Below, piece after piece: positions 31,569 to 41,904 of a DNA stretch of 64,000 bases (its first letter is position 1; every line of letters begins with the position of its first letter). A program made the translations under genes and the position numbers. The notes below the pieces were generated by a model. It had not been told where the DNA came from and did not search any database. It was given only the letters and a program-made list of their open reading frames with translations. This DNA comes from Candidatus Obscuribacteraceae bacterium. GTDB lineage: Bacteria > Cyanobacteriota > Vampirovibrionia > Obscuribacterales > Obscuribacteraceae. Where the stretch lies: assembly GCA_044226015.1 (NCBI GenBank), contig JBGAHS010000002.1:1139435-1203434 (forward strand), written 5' to 3'.

Positions 31569-32237
31569 CTAGCGAGCTGTCAGCGCGAATTTGCTTGCTT
31601 CGTGCACGAGACTCTGTGGAATCAAGACTCCAGCAGAGACTCCGAAGTTGAGTGCGTCTTCGACACTCATAGTGCTTTCAATCACGTCCTTGCACGCAAC
31701 CACCAGAAGAAAGCCTGCAGTTGGGTTCGGCATTTGCGGAACGAAGACAACGTAGAATTTCTCTCCGCTGGCTTCATCAACAAATTGGTTGCTGACGAAG
31801 GCCATCGTTTTGAAGATGGGACCTGGCCAGGCAACGAACACGACCTTCTGAAAACTTTTTCCGGATGCTCCGATGGTCTCAATCAACTTTCGACTTGGCG
31901 CATAGATACAGCGCAGCAATGGAACTCTGCTGAGCACTGCATCAATGCCTGCAAGCAATTGGCGTCCCCGAGCAAATGAACTCAAGCAGCCAAATCCGAA
32001 GAGCAACACGATTCCCAGAAGCAGACCGGCTCCTGGAATTCGTCCGTCGGCGAAAGCATCAGGCAGGTAGTCCGCAGGAACGCACCAGCGCACAAGGCTG
32101 GCACTCATCCCAATGAACTCGTTTTCGATGAGCCTACAGCAAAAGCCCAGCACCATGAGGCTGAGCCAAAGTGGAACCAAGAACAGAGCACCACGGATGA
32201 TGCTTGTTTTTGTCTTAGCAGTGAGATTGCTAATCAT
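31569..32237 (-). CDS. DUF502 membrane protein
   Basis: LSRVPLLRCIY, FQKVVFV, VFVPQMPNPTAGFL and MSVEDAL..VSAG motifs. Confidence 0.9.
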   Translation of the reverse strand: MISNLTAKTKTSIIRGALFLVPLWLSLMVLGFCCRLIENEFIGMSASLVRWCVPADYLPDAFADGRIPGAGLLLGIVLLFGFGCLSSFARGRQLLAGIDAVLSRVPLLRCIYAPSRKLIETIGASGKSFQKVVFVAWPGPIFKTMAFVSNQFVDEASGEKFYVVFVPQMPNPTAGFLLVVACKDVIESTMSVEDALNFGVSAGVLIPQSLVHEASKFALTAR

Positions 32238-32364
32238 GACTTCTTTCCGAAGAAACGGACCTGCACGGAAACGCCGCATATTTCAGCGGCGTCTCCAATG
32301 CAGTCCTGAGAACAGGAATCAAGTAAACGTCCAGGTGGCGTTCGCCCCGGGACTGACCTCGCAC

Positions 32365-34299
32365 TTACTTGTCGCGAGTTGGATTTTCGTAAAGGTCGTC
32401 AATTACCTTCTCGAAACGCTTCAGCAGCACCTTGTTGCGCAGCTTCTGCGTTTCAGTGATGATGCCATCGTCGACGGTGGCAGCCACCGGCATCACCACA
32501 AAGTCCTTGACCTGCTCCCACTGTTCGAGCTCCTTGTTGCCTTCCGCGATGGCTTCGCCAACCGCTGCCTTCACCTTGTCGCTGTAGGCATAGTACTCAG
32601 CTGGCTGCACACCCTGCGGCGCAGGACCAGCCACAGCCCTCGCCCTTTCCTGATTGGCGAAGACCAGTGCAGTGGTGTATTTGCGCTTGTACGCCACGGG
32701 CAGAAGGTAGTGGATGATGGAGAAGTTCTTGAAGGCGTTCTCCACCTTTACGGTCGACACGTACTTACCCTGGGCAGTCTTGTACATGCCGTTCATCCGA
32801 CCTTTGATGCTAACGAAGCCATCAGCATCCACCGTAACCAGGTCGCCCGTTCTGTAGAAGCCATCTGCAAAGGCATCGCGGGTCGCTTCCGGATTCTTCC
32901 AGTAGCCCAGGAAGATCTGAGGTCCCTTCAATTGGATTTCTCCGCCTTCCAGTTCCTCCTCACCCTCAGCCTTGACGACGCGAACCTCGCACTGAGGAAT
33001 GGGCAGACCAACCGTTCCGACCTTCTTGTTGCCGGGTCGATTGGTGATGATGCCGCCGCAGGTCTCGGTCGCACCGTAGCCCTCTAGCGTCTCGAGCGAG
33101 ATATCCGGACGACCTTGGACATGACCGAGGCGGTCGAAGTAATCGAGTACTTCCTTTGAGATGGGCGCGCTTCCTGAGATGAGCAAGCGCAGGCGCCCAC
33201 CCATCTTCGCCCGTACCCGTGCGAAGAGCGTTCTGTCGAAGAACTTGCCCAAGAGCGAAGACGGCTTCTGGCGAACAGCGAAGTCCAGGAATCGCTTCCA
33301 GCAATTGACCGTACTCTTCGGCAGATGCAGAGCCTTCACCGCGTTGAGCAGCGCTTTGGGTTCGTAGAGTCCATTGCGCATCTTCTCCCAGCCAGCCGGC
33401 ACACCGCAGAGCATGGTCGGTTTGTAGAGGCTGAGGTTCGCAGCCATGCGATCGATTGGCGAGAACCCCATCGGCACCTTGTTCCAGATGCAGACGTAGG
33501 TTCCGTTCAAGCGCTCGTAGACGTGCGCCATCGGCAGGTAGGACAGGTAGAAGTCACTTTCCGAGTCGAGCTTCACGACTGCAGCCAGTCCTTCGAGGCA
33601 GGCCTGGATGTTCCCGTGCGAGATCATGCAACCCTTCGGATTCCCAGAGGAGCCGGAGGTATAGATGAGCGTCGCCAGGTCAGCCTTGGTGATGCCAGCG
33701 AAGCTGTCGCCACCGTCAGCAACCGCACGCTTCATTCGCGCGAGTTCATCGCGTGCTGCTGCCGCTTGAACGAAGATGCCCGGATTGTAGGCTGGCACAA
33801 TCCAGGTCTGGAACGGCACCGGCAGCCCGAGGTGCTTATCCATTTCTTCGACGCAGATCGGCTGTCCGACCTTGACGATTTTTCCATCCTTGTCTTCCGC
33901 TGCCCAGTACTGGAGGTACTTGGGGTCGGTGACGAACACGAACTGCGCCCCGGCGTCCCCGAGGATGAAGTTGATCTGGTCTCGCGAGGAGTTGGGGTAG
34001 ATCGGCACGGTGACCGCTCCCAGACTCTGAATAGCGAGGTCTGCCCAGAGCCACTCCGGAGAGTCTTTCTGAACGTTGTTCTCGCTTCGCGACTGCCAGC
34101 CGAGGATGGCGACCCGGTCTCCGGGTTGGATGCCCTGCTTACGCAGGTAGGACATGAAGGCAGCCACCGCCAGACCGCTTTGCTCCCAGGTGACATCGAC
34201 GAGACGTGGACCGTTGTCGCTGAGATCATTGAGGCGAAGCGCCGTGGTGTTTGCGCTTTGGAAGACGTGGTTCCAGAACCGTTGAATCAGGATTGTCAT
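32365..34299 (-). CDS. Long-chain fatty acid--CoA ligase (AMP-forming)
   Basis: YTSGSSGNPKG, YLPMAHVYER, EGYGATET and YRTGDL motifs. Confidence 0.93.
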   Translation of the reverse strand: MTILIQRFWNHVFQSANTTALRLNDLSDNGPRLVDVTWEQSGLAVAAFMSYLRKQGIQPGDRVAILGWQSRSENNVQKDSPEWLWADLAIQSLGAVTVPIYPNSSRDQINFILGDAGAQFVFVTDPKYLQYWAAEDKDGKIVKVGQPICVEEMDKHLGLPVPFQTWIVPAYNPGIFVQAAAARDELARMKRAVADGGDSFAGITKADLATLIYTSGSSGNPKGCMISHGNIQACLEGLAAVVKLDSESDFYLSYLPMAHVYERLNGTYVCIWNKVPMGFSPIDRMAANLSLYKPTMLCGVPAGWEKMRNGLYEPKALLNAVKALHLPKSTVNCWKRFLDFAVRQKPSSLLGKFFDRTLFARVRAKMGGRLRLLISGSAPISKEVLDYFDRLGHVQGRPDISLETLEGYGATETCGGIITNRPGNKKVGTVGLPIPQCEVRVVKAEGEEELEGGEIQLKGPQIFLGYWKNPEATRDAFADGFYRTGDLVTVDADGFVSIKGRMNGMYKTAQGKYVSTVKVENAFKNFSIIHYLLPVAYKRKYTTALVFANQERARAVAGPAPQGVQPAEYYAYSDKVKAAVGEAIAEGNKELEQWEQVKDFVVMPVAATVDDGIITETQKLRNKVLLKRFEKVIDDLYENPTRDK

Positions 34300-34481
34300 T
34301 GTCTGCTTTCCAAAATTGAGGCTGGAGCCAGTTGTGCTGGCTCCGGTTTCGTTGTAGAACGACCTGCCGAGCAGATCGTGATGTCAAAAACGGAAAGACA
34401 GAGCTGGCACTTACACGCCAGCCCTGTCTTGACCTGATAACGCTTGCCGAAAGACAAGCTGTCACTTCACTCTGTTCGAAC

Positions 34482-35465
34482 TTAGGAGTTCTTCTTCTTC
34501 GCCTGGTGGTCGAGGAAGCGCTGCACCGCACGCTTGCATCCTTCGGTATGTGTCAGAGCAGCGAACTGTCCCGACTCGAGGGACATGCTCTCGTCGACAC
34601 CACGCGAGAAAGTGGACTCCATCACATCCATCGCAGCAAACGGCGCAGGGAACTTGGTCTCGTTGCCCATGCTCATCTTCACCAGCAGTCCAGCCGCACC
34701 GCTGAGGAACTTGCGGCCCAGCTTGCTGTCGAAACACTTCCGAGCCAGCCTGGACAGCAAGCTCTGCTTACGCGGTTCGGCAAGATCTCCGCCACCCGCG
34801 ATTTCGATGGCGCGGGACAAAAGCTGCTCCTCGTTGACCAGTTCCTGGACAATGCCTTCGGCGTAGGCTCGCCGTGCCGACCAGGGTTTCAGCGGGTTGA
34901 GCACCATCGTCAGTGCCGACTTGTAGCCGACCGCGCGGGGCATGAGCACGCAGCCACCCCAGCCGGGAATGACTCCAAGACCCACTTCCGGCAAGCCGAA
35001 CACAGTCGACTTGCTGTTGCTGGCGATGCGGTAACCGAAGCGCAGCATCATTTCGAAGCCACCGCCGAGGCAGCGCCCGTTGATAGCGCAGACGGTGTAC
35101 ATGGGCAAGAATCTGATGCTGTCGAGAATCTGCTTGCCTTTGTGGCAGGCTTCGTAGACTTCATCGACTTCCATGGACTGTGCCCGCTGAATCTCCTTGA
35201 TGTCGGCACCTGCAACGAAGCAGTTGGGCTTGCCGGAGTAGAAGACCACACCATGGATTGGTGGCAGGTCTGGGTTGCTCATGGCGCCATCCAGGATACG
35301 CACCACATCCGCGATTTCCTGCATCACAGCCGAGGACAGCAGGTTGACCGTCGGCTTGTCCTGACAGTCGAGCTTGACCAGCGCGACACCTTCACGGTCG
35401 AGCACGCTCAGCTCGACATTGGCGCTGCGGTGGATCAGTCGTGCATTTTGAATCGTCATGTTCAT
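34482..35465 (-). CDS. Enoyl-CoA hydratase, FadJ/FadB N-terminal-like, without the dehydrogenase domain
   Basis: FVAGADIKE, CLGGGFE, GLPEVGLGVIPGWGG and PAP motifs. Confidence 0.9.
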   Translation of the reverse strand: MNMTIQNARLIHRSANVELSVLDREGVALVKLDCQDKPTVNLLSSAVMQEIADVVRILDGAMSNPDLPPIHGVVFYSGKPNCFVAGADIKEIQRAQSMEVDEVYEACHKGKQILDSIRFLPMYTVCAINGRCLGGGFEMMLRFGYRIASNSKSTVFGLPEVGLGVIPGWGGCVLMPRAVGYKSALTMVLNPLKPWSARRAYAEGIVQELVNEEQLLSRAIEIAGGGDLAEPRKQSLLSRLARKCFDSKLGRKFLSGAAGLLVKMSMGNETKFPAPFAAMDVMESTFSRGVDESMSLESGQFAALTHTEGCKRAVQRFLDHQAKKKNS

Positions 35466-35647
35466 TCCTTGTTCTTGAGGAAAAGTGTTTTGCGCAAACT
35501 GCGCGGAAATCTGCCAGCCTCTGCTTTGATTAGAAGCAGCACTAGCCAGTGAAAGGTGGAACTGGAGATTCTTTCAGAAGCTGCCCGTGATGGCTAGCGA
35601 ACCCCTGAATCTCTCCAGCTCCACCCAGTTGCTCAATTGGACAAGCA

Positions 35648-36559
35648 CTAGCCTGTGATTTCAGGCTGCCGCACGTTGTCGCCCGGACGAGCAAGCCCGA
35701 GCGGGTCAAGCTCACAGACGCGAGTCTTGAGCAGCATCGTCGCCTTCTCAGCGATGTCGCCGTTTTCGTCGGCAGGCAGCTGGTCAGCAGCGATGGGTTC
35801 GCCGATGGTCACTGTGCATCCCGAGCGATAAATCGGCGCCAACAGCAAGCAGGCAACGTATTGCAGCTCGATTGGAATCTTGCGAATCCAATGGCCTGGG
35901 TAGCGTCCATACCGGATGTAGGCCGGCAGGATGTAGGCATTCTCTCCCAGTTTCTTGGCGGTCTCATGTGCGATGAGAACCGCGCCCTTTTTGAAGTAGC
36001 CCATGGCGCCATCGCAGTAGCTGTAGCCCTCCGGGAAGAGCACCAGAATGCGATTGCCGCGGCTCAGCAGGTCGATGGCTGCGTCACGAGCTGCACCGCC
36101 CTTGCCGCGCTCCAACGCGCAGGGAATGACGCCCATGGGTCCGAAGAGCAGCGCACCGAACCCACCGAAGATAGGGTAGAGTCCGACCGTAGCCATATAG
36201 CGCTCGCCCTTGCCGCGCAGCACTTCAGGCATCACAACAACATCTGCGAAGTTGCCGTGATTGGCGCATACAAGGAAGGACTTCCCGTTCAGCTTCTCAA
36301 GGTTTTCCATGCCCTTGATTTTGACCTTGCCGACCAGAAGCCAGAGGAAGAAACGCGTGATTTTGTCACGCCGCGCGAGTCCACTTGCGGTGGGCTCTTC
36401 GATGTTGCCCGAGCGAGACACTCGCTTGATGTAGTCAGCGTTGCGGCGCAGTACGCTGCGTGCCCACAGCCAGGCACAAAACGCCACCACACCGATGGTG
36501 ACAGCAATCCAGGACCAGAGCCCAAGGCCGAAGCCCCAGGCGAAAGTCGTCGCGATCAT
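35648..36559 (-). CDS. PlsC-type acyltransferase (copy B)
   Basis: NHGNFAD, LFPEG, FKKGA and RYGRYPGHWI motifs. Start placed at MIATT after GGAG. Confidence 0.9.
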   Translation of the reverse strand: MIATTFAWGFGLGLWSWIAVTIGVVAFCAWLWARSVLRRNADYIKRVSRSGNIEEPTASGLARRDKITRFFLWLLVGKVKIKGMENLEKLNGKSFLVCANHGNFADVVVMPEVLRGKGERYMATVGLYPIFGGFGALLFGPMGVIPCALERGKGGAARDAAIDLLSRGNRILVLFPEGYSYCDGAMGYFKKGAVLIAHETAKKLGENAYILPAYIRYGRYPGHWIRKIPIELQYVACLLLAPIYRSGCTVTIGEPIAADQLPADENGDIAEKATMLLKTRVCELDPLGLARPGDNVRQPEITG

Positions 36560-36953
36560 GTTCGTCTCCGATTCAGGAAATGAGATGGAAATGTTCGATG
36601 GGCTCGACGCCCTCGAACAGTCAGCGCAAAGACCTACGAGGACTTCTTGCTGACTCACGATGTTTAGCCGCCTTATTTCAAAGGCAGCGAAAAGGGGCTC
36701 CCCACGCGAGAAGCCCCTCTTGTTGCAGGGTCGAAACCCTGGATTAGTGCAGGCTCGGCTGAGCCGAACCATCACCGTCAGCCCGCCTGTTTCTGCACTT
36801 CCATGACCACGCGGACCTTTAGTTCGGTCCAGGAGTCTGGCTGCAGCGTATTGCACGGTCGCTATATCGGCAAGGTAGCCGGCGAAGCGGCTACCCTGCC
36901 CGGTTCCGAAGCAGTGCTGTCGCCCTGCATTCCGGTTCCCTGAAAGGTTGTAG

Positions 36954-38063
36954 TTAGTAGAGCCCGTGCTTGGCGAAGACCGCCTTCACCTTGTGAGTGT
37001 AGTACTGCGGCTTGCCCAGCGGGTTCGGCTGGAAGTCACGCCAGAATCCCAGTTCTGAGATGATGGTGCGAGCACGCTCCAGATTCTCTCCAGTCAGGAG
37101 CCCGTGCAGCGCCAGAACAGAGAGGGCGTCATTGAACGCCAGCAAGACAGCGAGCCACTTCTCATCGCTCGAGAGATGGAAACGCAGCGTCGAAGTATGC
37201 TGAATCGGCGGATGCAACTCAATCACCCCCGCGGTTTCCGGTCCCCAGTGAGAATCGGGGTGAGTCCGCCAGACCCAGCGAGCAGCCCGGTGCAGCCTGC
37301 CTGCCAGTGTGGTGGGGTGGATTTCGTTGCAGCGAATGGCGATCATCTTCTTCGGGTCGCGGCCGAAGTGCTCGATATGGAGCCCAACCGGGCAGTATCC
37401 GTACCGGCTCAGCCCGCCGTCGAAGAGCACGTTGCCCTTGTAGGACAGAGGCACCATCACACCACCGATGCTGCAGCTAGCCCGCACCGCCAGTGGCAGC
37501 GGGAGCGGTTCGTCGGAGAGCATGAGCCGCTCACCATCACGGAACAGGGTCGCTCCGTGCTCGTTGAATAGGATCGGATCTCCATATCGCGAAGTCGCGA
37601 TGCAGCTGTACCCCGACGGCCAGGACTCCAGCCCAGCCTGCTTCTGGAATGCGGCGATGGTATCGCCCAGGGACTCCGTGCCGAGCAGTCCGTACCACTG
37701 GCACTCGCGCCACTCGTCGCCATATCCGCGTACAGCGCGCGTGCACGTGAGCGGGTCGGTGAACGGAGCAGCGAAGATGCCGCGCTTGATACTGACCCGT
37801 TCGCGGAACTTGAGGTCCAGAGTGATATGGAGCAGCTCCTGAGGGCTGTACCCACAGGCGATGAGCGCACCGACGATGGAGCCCCCGCTGGCACCGTGAA
37901 CCTGGCGCCACTTGGAGATGCCGGCGACGTGAGCCGCCAGCTGGAAGCCCACACCGGCCATCAGCGAAGTGACACCACCAGCGCTGATATGAACCTCATA
38001 ATCAGAGGCGACGCCGTTGTTCTTCGCGCCTTGATTTTCATTCAACTGTTTCGAAGAGTTCAT
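36954..38063 (-). CDS. Patatin-like phospholipase (copy B)
   Basis: SAGG, GASGG, ASCSIGG and FDGG motifs. Start placed at MNSSK. Confidence 0.9.
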   Translation of the reverse strand: MNSSKQLNENQGAKNNGVASDYEVHISAGGVTSLMAGVGFQLAAHVAGISKWRQVHGASGGSIVGALIACGYSPQELLHITLDLKFRERVSIKRGIFAAPFTDPLTCTRAVRGYGDEWRECQWYGLLGTESLGDTIAAFQKQAGLESWPSGYSCIATSRYGDPILFNEHGATLFRDGERLMLSDEPLPLPLAVRASCSIGGVMVPLSYKGNVLFDGGLSRYGYCPVGLHIEHFGRDPKKMIAIRCNEIHPTTLAGRLHRAARWVWRTHPDSHWGPETAGVIELHPPIQHTSTLRFHLSSDEKWLAVLLAFNDALSVLALHGLLTGENLERARTIISELGFWRDFQPNPLGKPQYYTHKVKAVFAKHGLY

Positions 38064-38228
38064 GTTGGTCCTTCTTGGAAAAAAGTGAAGAGACGTGCAC
38101 CCTGGCACGCTCTTCGGTTACGCTGATTGGCTCTAGAAGCCGTTCAGCCCAATGTGCAAAAAAGGGAGTCAGGAAGCGTTCCCGCTTCCTGACTGAGTTG
38201 TTGACACCACTTGTTTCCCGCGGATGAC

Positions 38229-39161
38229 TTAGCGGCTCTGCTCAGCGAGGTCGAGCAGTTCGAGAACACGGTCGCGCAGAAACAGGCTCGCTTCGTCTTC
38301 ATCAGCCGGCAGGGTGCTGCTGTCGATGGGGTCGCCGACGACGACCACACCGCCATACAGAGTGATGTGCGAGCGGTAGTAGGCTTTGAGTTTCTGATCA
38401 CGTTCAGCCGTAACCTTCTCACGCTCTTCTTCGCTCATCTGGTCGAGGTCGAGCTTGAAGACCGGGTCCCAGTTGCGCGGGTCGCGCATGCCCAACCAGG
38501 CAGCCCGAGCCAGGAAGCGCTGAATCCAGTTCGCATTCTTCGGGTCACGTTCGTAGTAAAGAGCGACCGGAACGATATTGATCTTGGCACCGCCAGCCTT
38601 CTCCGAAGCCAATCGCGCAATGCGAACAGCACCAGGCAACCAGCGCTCGGTCAAGCGAGGGTTGTCCGGCAACAGGTTGCCTTCCGGGAAGATGCCGAAG
38701 CTACCATCTTCCTTGGCCAGCACGTCCACGCAAGTAGCTTGAGCAGCCGCGCGTTCAGACTTTTCCTTGAAATTGATCGAGATCGCACCGGTCCAGGCGC
38801 CCAGCACACCGAAGAAGCCCCGCAACTCCTTTCCGGAGGTCAGGGTTCGGAAGTGCCGATTTGTACCATGACGCAGCATCGCGAAGTCGCAGGGCATCTG
38901 GTGGTTGGCGATGTACATGGTTCGCCCCGAAAGAGGCGACTTGCGACGATTCACCACCTTGACCGGACCGACCGTCAGCAGGGTGAGCAGCTTGGTGGAG
39001 AAATTGAAGAAGATTTTGCCCCAGACGGTGGTGTAGGGGGCGGTGTAGCCGCTCTGCGTGAACTTGCGAGCGTGATACTTCCAGACACGGTACCAGCGAA
39101 CAGCAGCTGCGACGCAGAGGAACGCCAGACCGAGCCAGAGGTAGCCTTGAACAGACATCAT
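38229..39161 (-). CDS. PlsC-type acyltransferase (divergent)
   Basis: NHQMPCD, IFPEG and PGAVRIA motifs; N-terminal TM. Confidence 0.88.
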   Translation of the reverse strand: MMSVQGYLWLGLAFLCVAAAVRWYRVWKYHARKFTQSGYTAPYTTVWGKIFFNFSTKLLTLLTVGPVKVVNRRKSPLSGRTMYIANHQMPCDFAMLRHGTNRHFRTLTSGKELRGFFGVLGAWTGAISINFKEKSERAAAQATCVDVLAKEDGSFGIFPEGNLLPDNPRLTERWLPGAVRIARLASEKAGGAKINIVPVALYYERDPKNANWIQRFLARAAWLGMRDPRNWDPVFKLDLDQMSEEEREKVTAERDQKLKAYYRSHITLYGGVVVVGDPIDSSTLPADEDEASLFLRDRVLELLDLAEQSR

Positions 39162-39797
39162 CGTTTTCTTCCTTCAAAATGAGGTTTGTTGTGCCAGCTC
39201 CCAATGAGCTAGCGTGCGTCGGCAAAGCCGAACGCCAGAAACGTGATGTAGACTGATCCGAACAGGGATCAGCACATCATTTGGAACGGTTTCTCTCTGT
39301 TTCCACTTCGGTGGAATTTTCACAAGCCTGGTAATGAGATTGGGGGTGCTTTCGTGTTGGAGTTCTGGGGGGGGCTGTAAGTGACAGAGAGGTCTTGAGT
39401 ATGGAACTTAGGCGGCGTCACAGTCAAAGCTGGGACGCAGCGCGGGAACCATCGTAAGTACAAGGGTTTGTCCTAATATCGGCGGGTTTTCACGCCGCCC
39501 GAGTCTGCGTAATTGCACCATCACACACTGAGAATGTTCTCCGCTAAGCTCACACAAATTTTCAGCGGAGAAACCACATGCGCTAACCTATCGCTGCGCC
39601 TCATCTTGGCGTAAACCTTGTCTTTATAAAGCGAACTAAGGCTTACCGCGCGCTGAATTTCACATTTGTCTTCGCAAAGCCTTGCGCACAATTAGCAGTC
39701 AAAATAAACCGGCTCTAACCTGCACTCCAGCCAATACTCCGATATCCAAGCTGGATACCGAGTCCCTTGAAAATTCATGCAGCCCAATAAATCATCG

Positions 39798-40182
39798 AAA
39801 TTAGATCGATATCGATCTAATTCGGGCTTTTTAATAGCTTTTCGATGTCGCGTAGATTTTCTCGGGCTTGCCAACCCCGCAGATTTTCCCCTCTGGAATG
39901 CCAGCAAATTTTCCCGACTTCATCGATATCGATCCAACTTCGCCTTTTAACTAGTCTTTCGACTACGCAGATTTCTTCGTAGCTTGCCAACTCCGTAGAT
40001 TTTCCCCGCCCGAAACCCAGCAAATTTTCCCGACTTCATCGATATCGATCCAACTTCGCCTTTTTACTAGTCTTTCGACTACGCAGATTTCTGCGTAGCT
40101 TGCCAACTCCGTAGATTTTCCCCGCCCGAAACCCAGCAAATTTTCCCGACTTCGTCGATATCGATCCAACTTCGCCTTTTTA
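39798..40182. repeat. Tandem array, about 3.3 copies of a 118-bp unit, each carrying the tcgatatcgatc palindrome
   Basis: Palindrome cores at about 39805, 39923, 40040 and 40156 with near-identical sequence between them. Confidence 0.93.
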
Positions 40183-40693
40183 GGGGGCTTCGTCCCGCTT
40201 TAATGCCTGATCCAAAGAGCTGCCACCAGATCACAGCTTGACGAACAAACTCTTTCTTCTAATGAATTTCTGGGACATTCCCAATTGATACAGAGTGCCA
40301 CCACATATAGCACCACCATTCAGCAGCGAGACTTTCTTAAATGCTCCTACATGAATGCAGTTCTGTTAAGCTTCTGCATCGGATCATCACTATTCTGTAC
40401 TTCTGTTAAGTTATCGCATTGGACACTCTCATAGCTAGCGCCAGTCTGATTAGTCTCACACTATGGGACCTTCACCCCGTAACTGCAGCCCGTGCACCCG
40501 AAGACCCTTGCCCCATGCATCGCCACACGGTAGGGTGAGGCGTCACTCTATCTAGACCGCACCGAGAAACCCCGAAGCCCAGTAAACCCAAACCCTACTG
40601 CTAACACCTGCGCATCTCGTTGATGTTCAGGTGGCTTCATGCTCGGCGCAACTTTGTTTCGATCCACAAAACCAGAAAGAAGAGGAACGAATC

Positions 40694-40933
40694 ATGGCTA
40701 AGAACCGTACCCACCAGGTGCACGCGAAGAAGACGGAACGCATGTCGTTCACAATCACCAAGGAAACCCTCCTGGTGGCTGATCGCAAAGCGCGTCGCGA
40801 AGCCTCGATCGAGGCAGGCACCTACCGCCAGTCCGGCAACGGAGTGCATGGCGGCACTGACAAGCAGCGGAACCGTCGTGACCGTCACGACATCCGCAAG
40901 AAGATGAAGCGCTGGGGAAACTCGGACGAGTAA
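40694..40933 (+). CDS. Small, very basic hypothetical protein
   Basis: MAKNRTHQ...GVHGGTDKQRNRRDRHDIRKKMKRW; GAGG RBS; GC3-rich codons. Confidence 0.7.
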   Translation: MAKNRTHQVHAKKTERMSFTITKETLLVADRKARREASIEAGTYRQSGNGVHGGTDKQRNRRDRHDIRKKMKRWGNSDE

Positions 40934-40988
40934 CTCAAGCGTACTACCAATTCGAACTTCAGCCCTCGTCGAAAGGAATCACCCCATC

Positions 40989-41447
40989 ATGGACACGATG
41001 CTCTGTGTCGTAGATGTCCAGTATCCCTTCGTGCAGCGGGAGGACGACGCGTATATCGCGGCGATCCTCCTTGCTGTTGAGCAAGCAAGAAATGAGGGTA
41101 ACTTCATCGCCCTCATCGAAGACAAAGGAGGAACAATCACTGACGAGCGGGTACTGGCGTCCCTGCAGGGCTACAGCAAAGTCGTTACACTGAGGAAGTG
41201 TCAGTGGGACGGCTCTCTGCAGGTCGCCATCGCAATCAGTGACTTCAAGATGCAGATTGTACGCTTCCGCCTATGCGGTGCGTTCGGTGAGCAATGCGTG
41301 CTTGCTACCGCTGCGGGTCTCCGCGAACGCTTCGAAAGAGCGGACGTGGAGATTATTCGCAGTGCGTGCGTACCAGTTCCTGTTCGTCGTTTCAACAACA
41401 ACGAGTGGGAGCGAGTCGCTAAGCGATTGCGCATTACTGTTTCATGA
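40989..41447 (+). CDS. Isochorismatase-like cysteine hydrolase
   Basis: VVDVQ (Asp), RK (Lys) and GAFGEQCV (Cys) catalytic triad pattern. Confidence 0.75.
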   Translation: MDTMLCVVDVQYPFVQREDDAYIAAILLAVEQARNEGNFIALIEDKGGTITDERVLASLQGYSKVVTLRKCQWDGSLQVAIAISDFKMQIVRFRLCGAFGEQCVLATAAGLRERFERADVEIIRSACVPVPVRRFNNNEWERVAKRLRITVS

Positions 41448-41465
41448 ACTACAAGGAGCAAGATT

Positions 41466-41837
41466 TTGAATCTCAAAATGATGCTGGTCATTCGAAATGA
41501 CCTGAACATGAGAAAGGGGAAGCTTGCGGCGCAAGCTGCTCACGCTGCCCAGGAGGCAATTCTCGACCGTAGCGCCGAGACACCTCGACTCAAGTCCGAC
41601 CCGCTGATTTTCGCATGGCTCGCTAGCGACTACCGCAAAGTGACCGTACGAGTTGATAGCGAGCAGGAACTGCTGGCGCTCGTCGAAAGAGCGAAGGAAC
41701 TCGGTATCAACGTGCATCTGGTCGAAGACCTCGGTCACACCGAGTTTCACGGGGTCAAGACTTACACCGCAGTAGCCCTCGGTCCTGCCGAATCAGACGC
41801 ACTCGATGCACTGACCGGCGAGCTGAAGCTGCTTTAG
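41466..41837 (+). CDS. pth2: Peptidyl-tRNA hydrolase, Pth2 type
   Basis: KMMLVIRNDLNMRKGKLAAQAAHA, DLGHTEF, TAVALGP and LTGELKLL motifs. Confidence 0.92.
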   Translation: MNLKMMLVIRNDLNMRKGKLAAQAAHAAQEAILDRSAETPRLKSDPLIFAWLASDYRKVTVRVDSEQELLALVERAKELGINVHLVEDLGHTEFHGVKTYTAVALGPAESDALDALTGELKLL

Positions 41838-41904
41838 CAGCATCGCCCTGTCCCCTGGCAGAGCGATGGTCTTTCTCAACAATCCCAATTCAAGGAGAGA
41901 TGCC

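Noticed and set aside
35648..36856. N-terminal extensions in the ORF track (also 31485, 10815, 50352, 47063, 58775)
   Set aside because: The extensions cover hairpin or repeat-rich spacers; downstream ATGs fit the homologous domain starts better, several with clear RBSs.
36700..36950. Possible tRNA
   Set aside because: Hairpins are present, but no cloverleaf with a proper T-loop, D-loop and acceptor stem could be built.
39798..40182. Possible CRISPR array of palindromic repeats
   Set aside because: The sequences between the palindromes are near-identical rather than unique spacers, the period is 118 bp, and no cas genes are present.
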